Source of the DNA: Thermosynechococcus sp.
Lineage (GTDB): Bacteria; Cyanobacteriota; Cyanobacteriia; Thermosynechococcales; Thermosynechococcaceae
Reading direction: 5' to 3'
NCBI RefSeq assembly: GCF_046299635.1
Contig: NZ_JBKBHV010000011.1
Location: 3,082 to 67,081, forward strand
DNA length: 64,000 nt
Made by a program: the position numbers and the translations under genes. Of the stretch, positions 1 to 10,384 are shown piece by piece; the first letter of the stretch is position 1, and every line of letters starts with the position of its first letter. The notes under the pieces were generated by a model. It did no database searches. It was not told where the DNA came from and was given only the letters and a program-made list of their open reading frames with translations.

Positions 1-1842
1 GGTCTCAAACAGGGGAATCGCTTGCAGCGTACTGGCGCCTGTAACCGGATCAAAAAGTCCGGCTTCTTTGGCAAAGAGCAGCACCTCCAAAAGATCGCTG
101 ACCTCATGGCTCATGCTGATAATGTAGGTATTGCATAGGTCGGTGCCGAATTCCTGCTGAAGTTGCCGCACCATGCGGAAGGTTTCAATGATTTCATTGG
201 TGCGATCGCTAAAGGGCAGTTCCCCCGGAATTAAGGGGCGACGGGTGGAGAGTTCACTGAGGAGCCAGCGCGTGCGCTCCGTTTCCGACAGTTCTGTGTA
301 GGGGCAGGGCAGAATGCCCAAATAGGCAGTAATTTCATTGAGAGCCTCAGCGTGACAGGTGCTTTCCTGCCGAATATCCAAGGCAGCCAAATTAAAGCCA
401 AAAACCTCCACTTGGCAAATCAAATCCTCCAACTCACGGCAGGTGAGTCCTGTTTCTTTCAGGTTACGCTGAATCAGGAGGAGTTCTGCCAAAAAATCTT
501 GGCCATGGCGATAAAATTGACCGCTATTTAGCTCCTCTGCCTCAGGGCGGCGAATGCAATAGGTTTGCAATGTTCGGTTGCGATCGCGGGTATTGTGCAG
601 CCGTTTGAGCACATAGGTGAGTTTGAGACGGTAGGGTTCCTGCCGATAGCGCACGGCATACTGGTCATAGACACTGGGGAGTTGGCGCTGATCTTGCTCA
701 AGGGAATCCAGCAACTCCGGCAGAACATCACACCAGTGCAGGGAAAGGCTCAGCAAATTGATCAAGCGCTCGACGGACTTAATGTACTCCTCCAGAACCA
801 AGTTGCGCTGATAGCAAGCCGTTTGCCATGTTACTTCCGGCTTCACGTAGGGATTGCCATCGCGATCGCCCCCCACCCACGAGCCAAAGCGACAAAAATT
901 GTGCCGAGGGGGATTTAAGTAGGGAAATGTTTCATGGAGCGATTCCTCAAGTCGCCGATAGAGCTTGGGAATGACAGCAAAAATCACCTCTTTGAAGTAG
1001 TGGAGCGTGTATTCCACCTCATCGAGAACCTCTGGCTTAAATTGGTGCAGTTCATCGGTGCGCCACCAGAGCCGAATTTCCTCCATCAGTTGACCCCGCA
1101 GGGTTTGGGCATTCCAGTCCGTCAGGTGCGGAGAAGCCCCCTCCAGCACATCCAGTTGCTCTAATAATCGAGCCACCCGCCGCTGCTTATCACGAATCGT
1201 TTGCCGCACAATCTCCGTCGGGTGAGCGGTGAAAACCAGCTTAATGTCCAGTTGATCTAGCAGCTTTTGAATATGGCGCGGCGGTACATTCAGCGTATGT
1301 AGCCGAGGAAAGAGCCAAGCAAAGGAACCATATTGCTGGGTGGCGGGAATGGCTTCGTAGAGACTATGCTCTAGGCGTTCACTGGAGCCGCTACGCACAT
1401 CCGTTGCATTGGCAGCAGTATGGGGCAAGGGAAAGCCTTCACCACTGACACTGGAAATCGGTTCACCCATGAGACTGCGGCGCTGCAATCCCTCTTGAGC
1501 TGCACGTTCGCGATTGTATTGTTGTTCGTAGTGCTGCTCGACAATGTTGATGATTTGAAAGTAGAGGTTAAAGGCGCGGGCTGCTCTGATGGCTTGATTC
1601 AGTTCAAGAGATTCAATGACCTTCAGCAGATCGCCTTCTGGGGGATGGAGGGCATGACCTTCGGGCGAAGAAAGGGCACCCAAGCGCCGCAATAAATCAA
1701 CCAATTCTTGACCAGATTCTGCCGCCAAGACATCCACCAAGACCTCTTCCACCAGTCGCAACCGTTCCTGTAGAGTGCGGGCTGCCAAACTTTCACTTTC
1801 AATGAGGCGATCGCGATGGGTCACATCGAGGACTGATGTCAT
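1..1842 (-). CDS. ppc: Phosphoenolpyruvate carboxylase, N-terminal ~614 codons (gene continues beyond window start)
   Basis: Absent from the ORF track because it is open at the window edge. My minus-strand translation from ATG at 1842 gives [15 protein letters not shown]... It contains the PEPC signatures VFTAHPTE and [12 protein letters not shown]. Confidence 0.93.
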   Translation of the reverse strand, partial: MTSVLDVTHRDRLIESESLAARTLQERLRLVEEVLVDVLAAESGQELVDLLRRLGALSSPEGHALHPPEGDLLKVIESLELNQAIRAARAFNLYFQIINIVEQHYEQQYNRERAAQEGLQRRSLMGEPISSVSGEGFPLPHTAANATDVRSGSSERLEHSLYEAIPATQQYGSFAWLFPRLHTLNVPPRHIQKLLDQLDIKLVFTAHPTEIVRQTIRDKQRRVARLLEQLDVLEGASPHLTDWNAQTLRGQLMEEIRLWWRTDELHQFKPEVLDEVEYTLHYFKEVIFAVIPKLYRRLEESLHETFPYLNPPRHNFCRFGSWVGGDRDGNPYVKPEVTWQTACYQRNLVLEEYIKSVERLINLLSLSLHWCDVLPELLDSLEQDQRQLPSVYDQYAVRYRQEPYRLKLTYVLKRLHNTRDRNRTLQTYCIRRPEAEELNSGQFYRHGQDFLAELLLIQRNLKETGLTCRELEDLICQVEVFGFNLAALDIRQESTCHAEALNEITAYLGILPCPYTELSETERTRWLLSELSTRRPLIPGELPFSDRTNEIIETFRMVRQLQQEFGTDLCNTYIISMSHEVSDLLEVLLFAKEAGLFDPVTGASTLQAIPLFET

Positions 1843-1944
1843 ATTTACCCCAGTGTGCAAATATAATACTCCCTACTTTACCCAATCCTGATGCAGCAAG
1901 GTACAACCATTGATAACAGGCCTGTTAAGGCTTTGTTAACACTT

Positions 1945-3456
1945 TTAATCTTTTTTGTTGACAAGAATCAGTTCGAGGTGTTGCAGGCGATCGCGCATGC
2001 CGTAATTTACTAGTGTAATACTTTGCAACCGCTCCAACCAGCCGGCGGTGATGCCATTGAGGTATTGAAGCAGCGGCCAGCGTTGGCTCAAGGGAGCAAA
2101 TAGCTCCGACCAACGAGCATAGACCACTCCATAAATCCCCTGCCGCTGTTTCAGGAGGCTCTCTGGCAGCCAAGACACCTTACGTCCCTGCGAGACAGAC
2201 AGGATCGATAGAGAGGAGGCCAACGTCAGGCGATCGCCCCGTTGTTCATAGGCTGCTGCCACATCAGAGACTAATCCCTCACTCGTCTGCGGGTCAAGAA
2301 TCAATTTCACCCAAGCGGTTACGGGTTCTTGGTTCAGAACCAAGCGATTGACCTCATAGCCATTGGCACGGGCGAGATCATCCAGTTGTTGCAACAGGGT
2401 TGGTGTTTCCGGAGTATTGCGCGTCTGCCACCACCATTGCCAGTGTTCGTCAGCTTGTCGCCAAAGGGCAAGGCTAAAGCGATCGCTGGCCAAGGGAAAA
2501 ATCTGTCTAGTCAAGTCCACCGGTACATCTGCCATTAAATCCTGCAGCAGTTGGCTGGCAATATCCCCCCCTTGGGGAGTTTTGCCAAAGCGGTAATCCG
2601 TCAACGCCTCCGTAAGTTGGCTATAGCTCTCTGGCAACTGGGAACCCGCAACGACCAAGGTGGGAACCGGTTCTTGGGCACGGAGGAGCTGAAGATCAAG
2701 GGGATCGGCGGTGAAGGTCGGATCGCTGGTACGGTGGAGAACCGTTTCTAGGTGCAGCTCGGTATTTTGTGCCGTCACAGCCAACAGCAGGCGATCGTAG
2801 GTGGGCGACAGTTCACGATTATCATTACTCAGAGATTGCAGGTTGGCATAGTAGAGGGCGGTTGGTTGAGCGTTTAATTGAGGGCGTGCTGCTTGGTAAA
2901 AGGTCAAACCTGCCAGATTGCCATCCGCCGTCACAGCCGACCCTAGGCTAGCGGTCATGGTCTCCACATCTGAGGTGAGGAGTAGGCGATCGCCCAGCCG
3001 TGCCGTTACCAAGTCCTTACCCACTTGCAGGGGAATATTCTGATAGACTTGCGACTCAAAAGGATGGCTCTGCCAGTACGTCTCCAGGAAAGCCGTCGCC
3101 CCTTCTGGACGCTTTAGGGGCAAAATCCACAACTGCCGGGGGGATGGACATGCTTCAGGGCAGGGAAACTGGGCAACAGTGACGCCCTCTCCTAGCCACG
3201 GATTGATCTCAGACCATGACCAGCCCCAATTAGTGAGTTGGGATGCCCAAAAACGCTCCCAAACAAAACGTAGGGGATCGCTACTGGGGCGTTGATAAAG
3301 TTTGAGGACACTTTGGGCTTGGCGGGGGACAAAGATCAGGTCATCGCTATCGGCAGCAAAGGCAGGCTGGCCACACGTTAAAACCAACCAGCAGAGAATG
3401 AAAGCCAAAAACGATGACCATAGCAAGCGACGGTGCAGTTGCATCGGTGCCCTCAA
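1945..3456 (-). CDS. Conserved cyanobacterial secreted hypothetical protein (resembles DUF3352 family)
   Basis: 503-aa ORF with an N-terminal signal-like hydrophobic segment ending AFA. No catalytic motifs recognised. Family name is from memory only. Confidence 0.55.
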   Translation of the reverse strand: MRAPMQLHRRLLWSSFLAFILCWLVLTCGQPAFAADSDDLIFVPRQAQSVLKLYQRPSSDPLRFVWERFWASQLTNWGWSWSEINPWLGEGVTVAQFPCPEACPSPRQLWILPLKRPEGATAFLETYWQSHPFESQVYQNIPLQVGKDLVTARLGDRLLLTSDVETMTASLGSAVTADGNLAGLTFYQAARPQLNAQPTALYYANLQSLSNDNRELSPTYDRLLLAVTAQNTELHLETVLHRTSDPTFTADPLDLQLLRAQEPVPTLVVAGSQLPESYSQLTEALTDYRFGKTPQGGDIASQLLQDLMADVPVDLTRQIFPLASDRFSLALWRQADEHWQWWWQTRNTPETPTLLQQLDDLARANGYEVNRLVLNQEPVTAWVKLILDPQTSEGLVSDVAAAYEQRGDRLTLASSLSILSVSQGRKVSWLPESLLKQRQGIYGVVYARWSELFAPLSQRWPLLQYLNGITAGWLERLQSITLVNYGMRDRLQHLELILVNKKD

Positions 3457-3470
3457 TGTGGCAGGCCAAA

Positions 3471-4475
3471 TTAACGGTTGGTGATCGTGGCCACATCCCG
3501 CGAGGTCAAGCGCTCATAAGTGGCACGCATTTTCAGCCCCGTCAGCACTTGGAACAGCCCCGAACCGTTATCGGAACCGGGGTAATCACGGTGCTTCAGC
3601 AGCAGCTCCGTCATTTCGCCATAGTGCTTGGTGGAGGTATTACTGAGGTGGCTTTCGATGTAGATCAGTTCATCAAGTTTTTCAAAGCGACCGTCCACTT
3701 CTAGTACCGAAACGGGGTGACCATAATATTCATCGGGGCCGTAGCTGAGGCGGATGCCCGGATAAGAGCAAGTGAGCTTACGACCGCAGGGAATCCAAGT
3801 AATTGTTGACCCTTCATCAAACAGATAAACTGGCTCGAAACCGGGGATGCCTTCCCGTTGCAGCATCCGTACCCGCAGGATATTGCCGACCTTTTCCTCT
3901 TTGACCAACTGGGTCGGCAGAATTTGCAACACAATGTCAGCGTATTGCTTTTGGGGATCGATGTAGGCCATGAAGTCGGGGCGACGAGCATTGATCGAGG
4001 CAATCACGTCTTCGTAGCTGTGACCCCGCTCCGCCATGTCGCGCTTGATTTTCCAAGCAATTTTTACATCGTCGCTGATGTCGAGATACACACTGAAGTC
4101 AATCAGCGATCGCACCCGTTCATCGTAGAGGGGATGTAGCCCTTCAATTACAATTACGTGGTTGGGATCAACCCTCTCTGGTGGATCAATCGTCCCCGTT
4201 TCGTGGTTGTAAATGGGTTTCATGATTGATTCACCATTTTTGAGCGCCTTGATCTGCTCATACATCAGATCAAAGTTATTGGCGCGAGGATCAAGCGCCG
4301 TAATCCCCGTTTCTTTCCGCTGCTTGCGATCTAGACTGTGATAGTCATCCAAACAAATCACAGTCATAAACTCTTCGCCAAACAGATCGGCCAGTCGGCG
4401 CAAAAACGTTGACTTACCACAGCCGGAGTCTCCGGCAACGCCGATGAGAACCACACGGTCTGGCTTACTGCTCAT
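3471..4475 (-). CDS. prk: Phosphoribulokinase
   Basis: 334-aa ORF. P-loop GVAGDSGCGKST is followed by FLRRLADLFGEEFMTVICLDDYHSLDRKQRKE, typical of cyanobacterial/plant PRK. Confidence 0.93.
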   Translation of the reverse strand: MSSKPDRVVLIGVAGDSGCGKSTFLRRLADLFGEEFMTVICLDDYHSLDRKQRKETGITALDPRANNFDLMYEQIKALKNGESIMKPIYNHETGTIDPPERVDPNHVIVIEGLHPLYDERVRSLIDFSVYLDISDDVKIAWKIKRDMAERGHSYEDVIASINARRPDFMAYIDPQKQYADIVLQILPTQLVKEEKVGNILRVRMLQREGIPGFEPVYLFDEGSTITWIPCGRKLTCSYPGIRLSYGPDEYYGHPVSVLEVDGRFEKLDELIYIESHLSNTSTKHYGEMTELLLKHRDYPGSDNGSGLFQVLTGLKMRATYERLTSRDVATITNR

Positions 4476-4685
4476 AGCTGACGATTCCCTTTGCTCGTAG
4501 AAGTGGACATTCCCTGGTGGGGTGGTTCAGTATTCCCTTACTGATATTACAAGGGTCATGTCCCTCTGTGATAGGTTTTGTGCAAAAAGAGCAATGTTGT
4601 CGTCTAGGGGGAGAGACAGCGGTTGCTCTAGGAGAGAGTTTTGGGATACACTAGTAGACTGCGACAGTTAATCCTAGGGATCATC

Positions 4686-4868
4686 ATGGCCTGCCCCAAG
4701 AAGAAAACCTCGAAGTCCAAGCGCAGTATGCGCCGTGCGGTCTGGAAGCGCCAAGCTGCTCTGCAAGCTCAACGTGCCCTCTCGATTGGCAAGTCTATTT
4801 TGACCGAACGCGCCCAAGGCTTCTATTTCCCGGAAGCGGAAGAAGAGAAAGAAGACGAGCAGGAGTAA
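4686..4868 (+). CDS. rpmF: 50S ribosomal protein L32
   Basis: [21 protein letters not shown]... is a classic L32 N-terminus. I chose ATG at 4686 within track ORF 4641..4868. The C-terminal tail is acidic. Confidence 0.85.
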   Translation: MACPKKKTSKSKRSMRRAVWKRQAALQAQRALSIGKSILTERAQGFYFPEAEEEKEDEQE

Positions 4869-4871
4869 TCC

Positions 4872-5045
4872 ATGGCCACCCCCACAGAGCCGAGCCGCAC
4901 CCCAAAACTGGAAACCCCCAAGTACGGCTTTAATACCTTTGCGGAGCGGATCAATGGCCGTGCGGCCATGGTCGGCCTGGTGGCTCTTTTGTTATGGGAA
5001 TATTGGACTGGTGAAGGCTTGCTCCACTGGTTGGGCTGGCTTTAG
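4872..5045 (+). CDS. hli: High-light-inducible protein (HLIP / one-helix CAB-like protein)
   Basis: 57-aa ORF, too short for the ORF track: MATPTEPSRTPKLETPKYGFNTFAERINGRAAMVGLVALLLWEYWTGEGLLHWLGWL. It contains the chlorophyll-binding E-x-x-N-G-R-x-A-M motif plus one TM helix. Confidence 0.8.
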   Translation: MATPTEPSRTPKLETPKYGFNTFAERINGRAAMVGLVALLLWEYWTGEGLLHWLGWL

Positions 5046-5069
5046 AAGGGGTGTTTAGCACTTTCCAGC

Positions 5070-5852
5070 ATGATTCCCTACAACCTCAGTGACCCCCGCC
5101 TTTTTGGCATTATGGTTGGGGTCATGTTTTTGATGGTGGTTAGCCGCCTCGTGCTGGTGGCCGGTTTTTTTTCGCTGGTATATGTGGTGGCTCGCTGGAC
5201 GCCCCTCAAGAAACGGCGGGTAAATTTGCGCCCCTACCAACGGGGACAGTTTTGGCAGGAGTTTGGCTGGTCGTTGCTAACAGCGGCTATTTTTGCCCTC
5301 GTGGGGGCGATCGCTGCCGTGATGTGGCAGCGGGGCTGGACGGCGGTTTATCTGGAGTTAAATTCCCTTTGGGACTATCTCTACTTTCCCTTGAGCATTG
5401 GCCTTGTGCTGCTGCTCCACGAAACCTATTACTATTGGCTCCATCGCTGGATGCACCAACCGAAAATTTATCGTCGGATCCATCGGGTGCATCACCATAG
5501 TATTGTCCCTTCCCCTTGGACGGCATTTTCATTTCACCCTTGGGAGGCTTTCCTACAGGCAATTTTCCTGCCGCTGGTTCTGGTCTTGGTGCCGCTGCAC
5601 CCCTACGCGATTGTGATTCAGCTCAGCCTGATGACGGTCTCCAGTGTGATTAACCATTTGAATTTAGAGATTTATCCCCGTGGTTTTGCCGAGCATTGGT
5701 TGGGGCAGTGGTTGATCGGTGCTACCCACCACAGTTTGCACCACAGTCAATTTCGCTGTAACTATGGCCTCTATTTCACCTTTTGGGATCGCTGGTTGGG
5801 GACGGAAAGCCGCGATTATCTGCCCCTGTTTCGCGATCGCACCAAGGGCTGA
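5070..5852 (+). CDS. Fatty acid hydroxylase / sterol desaturase superfamily membrane protein
   Basis: 260-aa ORF, multi-TM. Histidine boxes HRWMH, HRVHHHS and HHSLHH are present. Confidence 0.75.
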   Translation: MIPYNLSDPRLFGIMVGVMFLMVVSRLVLVAGFFSLVYVVARWTPLKKRRVNLRPYQRGQFWQEFGWSLLTAAIFALVGAIAAVMWQRGWTAVYLELNSLWDYLYFPLSIGLVLLLHETYYYWLHRWMHQPKIYRRIHRVHHHSIVPSPWTAFSFHPWEAFLQAIFLPLVLVLVPLHPYAIVIQLSLMTVSSVINHLNLEIYPRGFAEHWLGQWLIGATHHSLHHSQFRCNYGLYFTFWDRWLGTESRDYLPLFRDRTKG

Positions 5853-5900
5853 ACTGCCGACGAATTCTGCATAGACCCCTTGCCCTCGGCGTAAGAGCGT

Positions 5901-6746
5901 TTGTCTAATCGAGTGGCAGTGAGTATGGTCAAGGTTCTCTCCTTTCCCATGATGGCGGAGCGGCAACATCCCCTGATTCAGCCGCTACTCACTTGGTCCG
6001 ATGAGGAATTGGTTCACCACTTTCAGGAGGAGCGCGATCGCGGCTGCTACTTTGTTGCCCTGTATTGTCGTTATGCGCCTCTTGTCTGGAGCGTCCTGCA
6101 ACACCACGGGCGATCGCCGGTGCAGGTGGACTATCTTTTTGCCAAGGTGTGGCATGGGATCTTTTTCAGCCTTGACCTTGTGGAGTTTACCCCTGAGGGA
6201 GTAAAAGTGGGGGAGGAGGACGCCCGCTCCCTGCGCAATTGGATGGTCAATCGCACTGCTACCCTGATCCAAGAGGAACTCCCCGGCATCGAACACATTA
6301 CCTATGTCCTGCAGGATGCCCCCCCGCCCCTTTGGTGCTATTTGGAAGCCGCCCTTGCTTATCTGAGTCCCCTAACTCGCTTGGTGCTGGTGACCACCCA
6401 GACCTTCCACTGGAGCCTTGAGCGGCTGCGCGCCTACCTAGAAGTCCAAGGGGAAAGCTACAGCCTTGGGGAACTCAACCAACAGTTAGAAGAGGGGCTA
6501 GCGCGCCTGGTGGACTCTCTGCCGCCAGACATTCGCCAAATTTACTTAATACCCGACCTCGATTCAGGGGAACCCTCTGCTACTCAGCCTACTCTCGAAG
6601 AACTCTTTCCCAATAGTGTCGAGGAGGTGGGCAGCCATTTTGATAGCACTGCTGCGGAAACCGTGGTTAGCGACAACGTCACTGGTGCCACGGACGCTAG
6701 TATTGATAACTTACTGGCCGAGTGGGAGCGGATTCTCTCTGGCTGA
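5901..6746 (+). CDS. Hypothetical protein with sigma-70 region2/region4-like segments
   Basis: 281-aa ORF. The N-terminal segment DEELVHHFQEERDRGCYFVALYCRYAPLV and a later segment LEAALAYLSPLTRLVLVTTQTFHWSLERLRAYL resemble ECF sigma regions 2 and 4. The similarity is weak and the start codon is uncertain. Confidence 0.45.
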   Translation: MSNRVAVSMVKVLSFPMMAERQHPLIQPLLTWSDEELVHHFQEERDRGCYFVALYCRYAPLVWSVLQHHGRSPVQVDYLFAKVWHGIFFSLDLVEFTPEGVKVGEEDARSLRNWMVNRTATLIQEELPGIEHITYVLQDAPPPLWCYLEAALAYLSPLTRLVLVTTQTFHWSLERLRAYLEVQGESYSLGELNQQLEEGLARLVDSLPPDIRQIYLIPDLDSGEPSATQPTLEELFPNSVEEVGSHFDSTAAETVVSDNVTGATDASIDNLLAEWERILSG

Positions 6747-6858
6747 CATTATTTTTCTCTTTAGACAAGTTTGACAACGACCTCGGATAAGCCCAAGACC
6801 GTACCTTCTATGCTAGACTCAATTTATTGAGAAAAACTTTTAACAAAATCTTACTGTC

Positions 6859-7377
6859 ATGGGTCTGGGTGTCATTGATTTACCAACATTTAGCCTTGAG
6901 GGCACTGTCGAAGAGGTCTTCTACAAGAAGGGGCTACCCAAGGTCGTAATTTTGAAAACCGCGATGGGGACGGTCTGGATTAGGCTGGAAAAGTCATTGC
7001 GGTGTGAGTTAACACAACCTCCCAAGGTGGGCGATCGCCTGCGGCTAGAAGGAACCATCAGCAATAAGTATGATGGCTGGGTCAAACAATACAAGGCAAG
7101 CCATTTAGAATTTTTACCAACGGCTCAACCCTCAGTCGCAAAGAGTTCTCAACCCTATAAGGTGCTCATTTGTCAAAAATCCGCCTGCTGTCGGCGGGGA
7201 GCCAAGGAATTGTGGCAAGAATTAGAGGCACAGCAGCTCCCGATTACCTTGAAGGCGACTGGCTGTATGGGGGAATGCAAGCGGGGGCCAGCAGTGGTTG
7301 TCCTGCCCCATAAGAAACCACTCACCCGCGCCAATGCCCAACAGATTCGCGAGCTAGTTTGCTCGACTAAGACTTAG
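6859..7377 (+). CDS. Thioredoxin-like [2Fe-2S] ferredoxin domain protein
   Basis: 172-aa ORF. The C-terminal half reads KVLICQKSACCRRGAKELW...GCMGECKRGPAVVVLP, the four-Cys pattern of (2Fe-2S) ferredoxin-like proteins. Confidence 0.65.
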   Translation: MGLGVIDLPTFSLEGTVEEVFYKKGLPKVVILKTAMGTVWIRLEKSLRCELTQPPKVGDRLRLEGTISNKYDGWVKQYKASHLEFLPTAQPSVAKSSQPYKVLICQKSACCRRGAKELWQELEAQQLPITLKATGCMGECKRGPAVVVLPHKKPLTRANAQQIRELVCSTKT

Positions 7378-9591
7378 GGAATTGAGGACAACGGCAATCG
7401 AACTCACGGCCATACAAGCGGCAGCAATTCCCGGCGTGAGACCGAGTCCCCACAGGGGTAATCCGACACCGGCGGCAAGGGGTAAACCGACGATATTGTA
7501 GGCCACTGCCCACAGAAGATTCTGCTGAATTTTACGGAAAGTGGCACGGCTGAGGCTCAGCACGGTGAGCACATCCTCCACACGATTGCGGGTGAGGATA
7601 ACATCCGCCGCTTCAATGGCCACGTCGGTGCCCGTGCCAAGGCTAATCCCCACCTGAGCGGCGGTTAAGGCAGGCGCATCATTCATGCCATCCCCCACCA
7701 TGGCCACTCCTTTCCCTTGGGCTTGCCAACCTTCAATGAGGGCAAGTTTTTGCTGGGGCTGCAGATCGGTGTGCAGATGCGTTGGCGGTAGGCCGAGGGG
7801 GTCTAGAAGGTGCTGCGCTGCTTTGGCGGTGTCTCCCGTCAGCACGTGGATCTCGTAACCTTGGGCTTGCAGGGCTTGAACGGTGCCGACTGCCTCAGGG
7901 CGCAGGCGATCGCGAAAGGTGACAACCGCAATGAGCCGGCGATCGCAGGCCAAGGCGACATGGGTTTCTAGCTCTAGGGCTGGGCAGTCAACCCCCTGAT
8001 CCCGCAGCCAACTCAGGCGCCCCGCCCGATAGACCTGTCTTTCAATCCGGCCGCTTATCCCCAGTCCGAGGGCAGTTTCAACCTCTGTCACGGTTGCGAG
8101 TGCTCGGTTTTGGCCGGTGGCAGCCCATGCTTTCTGTATTGCCCCTGCGAGGGGATGGTGGCTTTTTTGCTCTAGGCTGGCAAGGAGATAGAGCACCTCC
8201 TCTGGGGAGTGATTGCCATAGCAGCTAACCTGGGCAACTTCCAGTTCACCGCTGGTGAGGGTTCCCGTCTTATCAAAAACAATCGTGTCTAACTGCTGAC
8301 TGCGCTCCAGAACATCGCCGCCGCGAATAATGATGCCTTGAGTAGCAGCCTGACTGGTGCTCACAAGCAGGGCGATCGGCGTGGCAAGGCCAAGGGCACA
8401 GGGACAGGCAATCACTAGAACGTTTAAGGCCAACTTTAAGGGCAACAGGGGCATGCTATGGGTCAATTCCGGAAAAAAATGGGGGGCGATCGCCCGCCAA
8501 AACACAAAGGTGGCTCCCGCTAAGGCCAGCACCCCATAGCCAAAATAGCCCGCTACCCCATCCGCCATCTGCTGCACCGGCGCCTTGCGGTTTTGTGCCT
8601 GCACCACCAACTCTAAAATCTGTCCTAAAAAGGAGGCACGGCCACAGCGTTCCACTCTGAGGGTGACCGCCGCTCCCACATTGCGACTGCCCGCCAGAAC
8701 GGCTGACCCCACCCCCTTGGCCACCGGTAGAGATTCCCCTGTAAGCAGAGATTCATCCACCAAGGTTTCTCCCGTTACAATCGTGCCATCGGCGGGAAAG
8801 GGTTCGCCGGCATCCACCCACAGCCAGTCTCCCACTTGGATACGATTGACGGGAATCGGCCAGCGATCGGTCGTGGTCAAACTGGGTTGCCACAGCGCCT
8901 GCTTTGGTTGAAGGGCAAGGAGCGATCGCAAGTCCCGTTGCGCCTGTTGACGTACCCGCTGCTCTAGGCTGCGTCCCAGCAAAATAAAGCCGAGAATCAT
9001 CACCGGCTCATCAAAGAAACACTCCCACCCCAAGGATGGCCACAACCACGCCACTGTACTGGTGAGGTAAGCCCCCAGCGCACCCAGAGCCACGAGGGTA
9101 TGCATATTCGGGCGACCTTGGATCAGGCCTCTTATCCCTTCTTGCAGGATCTCCCACCCCGGTAGGACTAGGGCAATCGTGGCTAATCCCCAATGCCAGA
9201 TCATGGCTTCTAACATCGGCCAGTGCCCCGGCAGCAGATCGATCCCGTGGCCGACACTGGAGAGAACCAGAAGCACAAGGGCGATCGCCAGCCTTGGCAA
9301 AGAAGCTTCCTCGCAAGGAGCCGGCAATTCTAAGGGAGCATTGGCTTCTGCGAGGGTGGCCTGAAACCGCCCTTGGTTGAGGCGCTCGACAATAGCAATG
9401 GGGGCAGTCTCGGTGGGGGAATAGGTAACTACGGCGGTTCCTGTTACCAGATTTACTGCGGCAGCCTCTACGCCCGGCTGCGCTTTCAACTGATTTTCCA
9501 GCGATCGCACACAGCCCGCACAGCGCAAACCGCTCACCCGCAGGATCGCCACCTCAGGGGTTTGGGAATCAAGACTTGAACTTAGGGACAC
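7354..9591 (-). CDS. Copper-translocating P1B-type ATPase
   Basis: 745-aa ORF. It has an N-terminal HMA domain with GLRCAGC, a TM CPC motif (IACPCALGLATP), the DKTGTLT phosphorylation site, and GDGMNDAP. Confidence 0.9.
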   Translation of the reverse strand: MSLSSSLDSQTPEVAILRVSGLRCAGCVRSLENQLKAQPGVEAAAVNLVTGTAVVTYSPTETAPIAIVERLNQGRFQATLAEANAPLELPAPCEEASLPRLAIALVLLVLSSVGHGIDLLPGHWPMLEAMIWHWGLATIALVLPGWEILQEGIRGLIQGRPNMHTLVALGALGAYLTSTVAWLWPSLGWECFFDEPVMILGFILLGRSLEQRVRQQAQRDLRSLLALQPKQALWQPSLTTTDRWPIPVNRIQVGDWLWVDAGEPFPADGTIVTGETLVDESLLTGESLPVAKGVGSAVLAGSRNVGAAVTLRVERCGRASFLGQILELVVQAQNRKAPVQQMADGVAGYFGYGVLALAGATFVFWRAIAPHFFPELTHSMPLLPLKLALNVLVIACPCALGLATPIALLVSTSQAATQGIIIRGGDVLERSQQLDTIVFDKTGTLTSGELEVAQVSCYGNHSPEEVLYLLASLEQKSHHPLAGAIQKAWAATGQNRALATVTEVETALGLGISGRIERQVYRAGRLSWLRDQGVDCPALELETHVALACDRRLIAVVTFRDRLRPEAVGTVQALQAQGYEIHVLTGDTAKAAQHLLDPLGLPPTHLHTDLQPQQKLALIEGWQAQGKGVAMVGDGMNDAPALTAAQVGISLGTGTDVAIEAADVILTRNRVEDVLTVLSLSRATFRKIQQNLLWAVAYNIVGLPLAAGVGLPLWGLGLTPGIAAACMAVSSIAVVLNSLSLSRAN

Positions 9592-9727
9592 GTCACACCC
9601 CCTCCAAAAAGAACTCCATTCAATTGCCTAACTGCGCCCCACCGCCTATTGTGGCACGCTGGCTTTGGGATGGCAGGGAAAGGGCAGGCTATCCTCAAGA
9701 GTGAGGCTTTCACGAGAAATGTAAACA

Positions 9728-10283
9728 ATGGTAACTGCCAAGGACACGGACGATCGCGATTTCGCACCGGCGGAGAGCAACCGTTAGAGAAGCATGAGTT
9801 GATTGAGGGTTGCAATAGCGGGTGGTAGTAAGAACCCCAGCATTATTAAACTGAACTTTGGCACTCTGATTAAACCCCATCTACGGGGTCTTAACTCTGG
9901 CCTAAGGGTGAATATCCTTCGCACCGCTAATGTTACTTATTCTGATCTGAGTGTCATCTGTGACGATCGCGATCGCCAGAGTCCTTTTTTCATCACCTAT
10001 CCCTGCTTCATTGTCGAAGTGCTCTCCCCCGCCACGGCAGCCTACGATCGGGGCAAAAAGTTCGATCTCTACGGGTGTAACCCCAACCTTGTGGATTATG
10101 TGCTTGCTAGCTCAGAGGAGATGGCGATCGACATTTAGCAAAAAAATGAGGCGGGGGATTGGCTGCTGCGCTGCTACCGTGGGGGCGATCGCGTCCAGTT
10201 GAGGAGCATTGACCTCAACCATCGAACAGTTTTATGAAGACGTTGACCTCTCTCCCCCCGCCGTAGATATCACTGCCCCGTGA
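9728..10283 (+). pseudogene. Decayed Uma2-family (DUF820) endonuclease gene
   Basis: Uma2-like pieces lie in different frames. They are EQPLEKHELIEG, then IAGGSKNPSIIKLNFG...FIVEVLSPATAAYDRGKKFDLYG, then an in-frame TAG near 10136. After the TAG comes QKNEAGDWLLRCYRGGDRVQLRSI, and a further shift is needed to read the typical tail IEQFYEDV. Confidence 0.6.
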
Positions 10284-10384
10284 AACAGCGAGCGGCTCTC
10301 CCTGTTGAGGGGGGGGAAAGAGGCTATTGAAAAAGCAAAATTGGGTATTCTTTGAGAGGAGAGTAAATTCAAGGGGTACCAAGC

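Noticed and set aside
9582-9815. 77-aa ORF upstream of the copper ATPase, and 10369..10767 antisense to the ABC-2 permease.
   Set aside because: They have no motifs and poor start contexts, and they overlap better-supported features (the ATPase start region / Uma2 remnant, and the permease).
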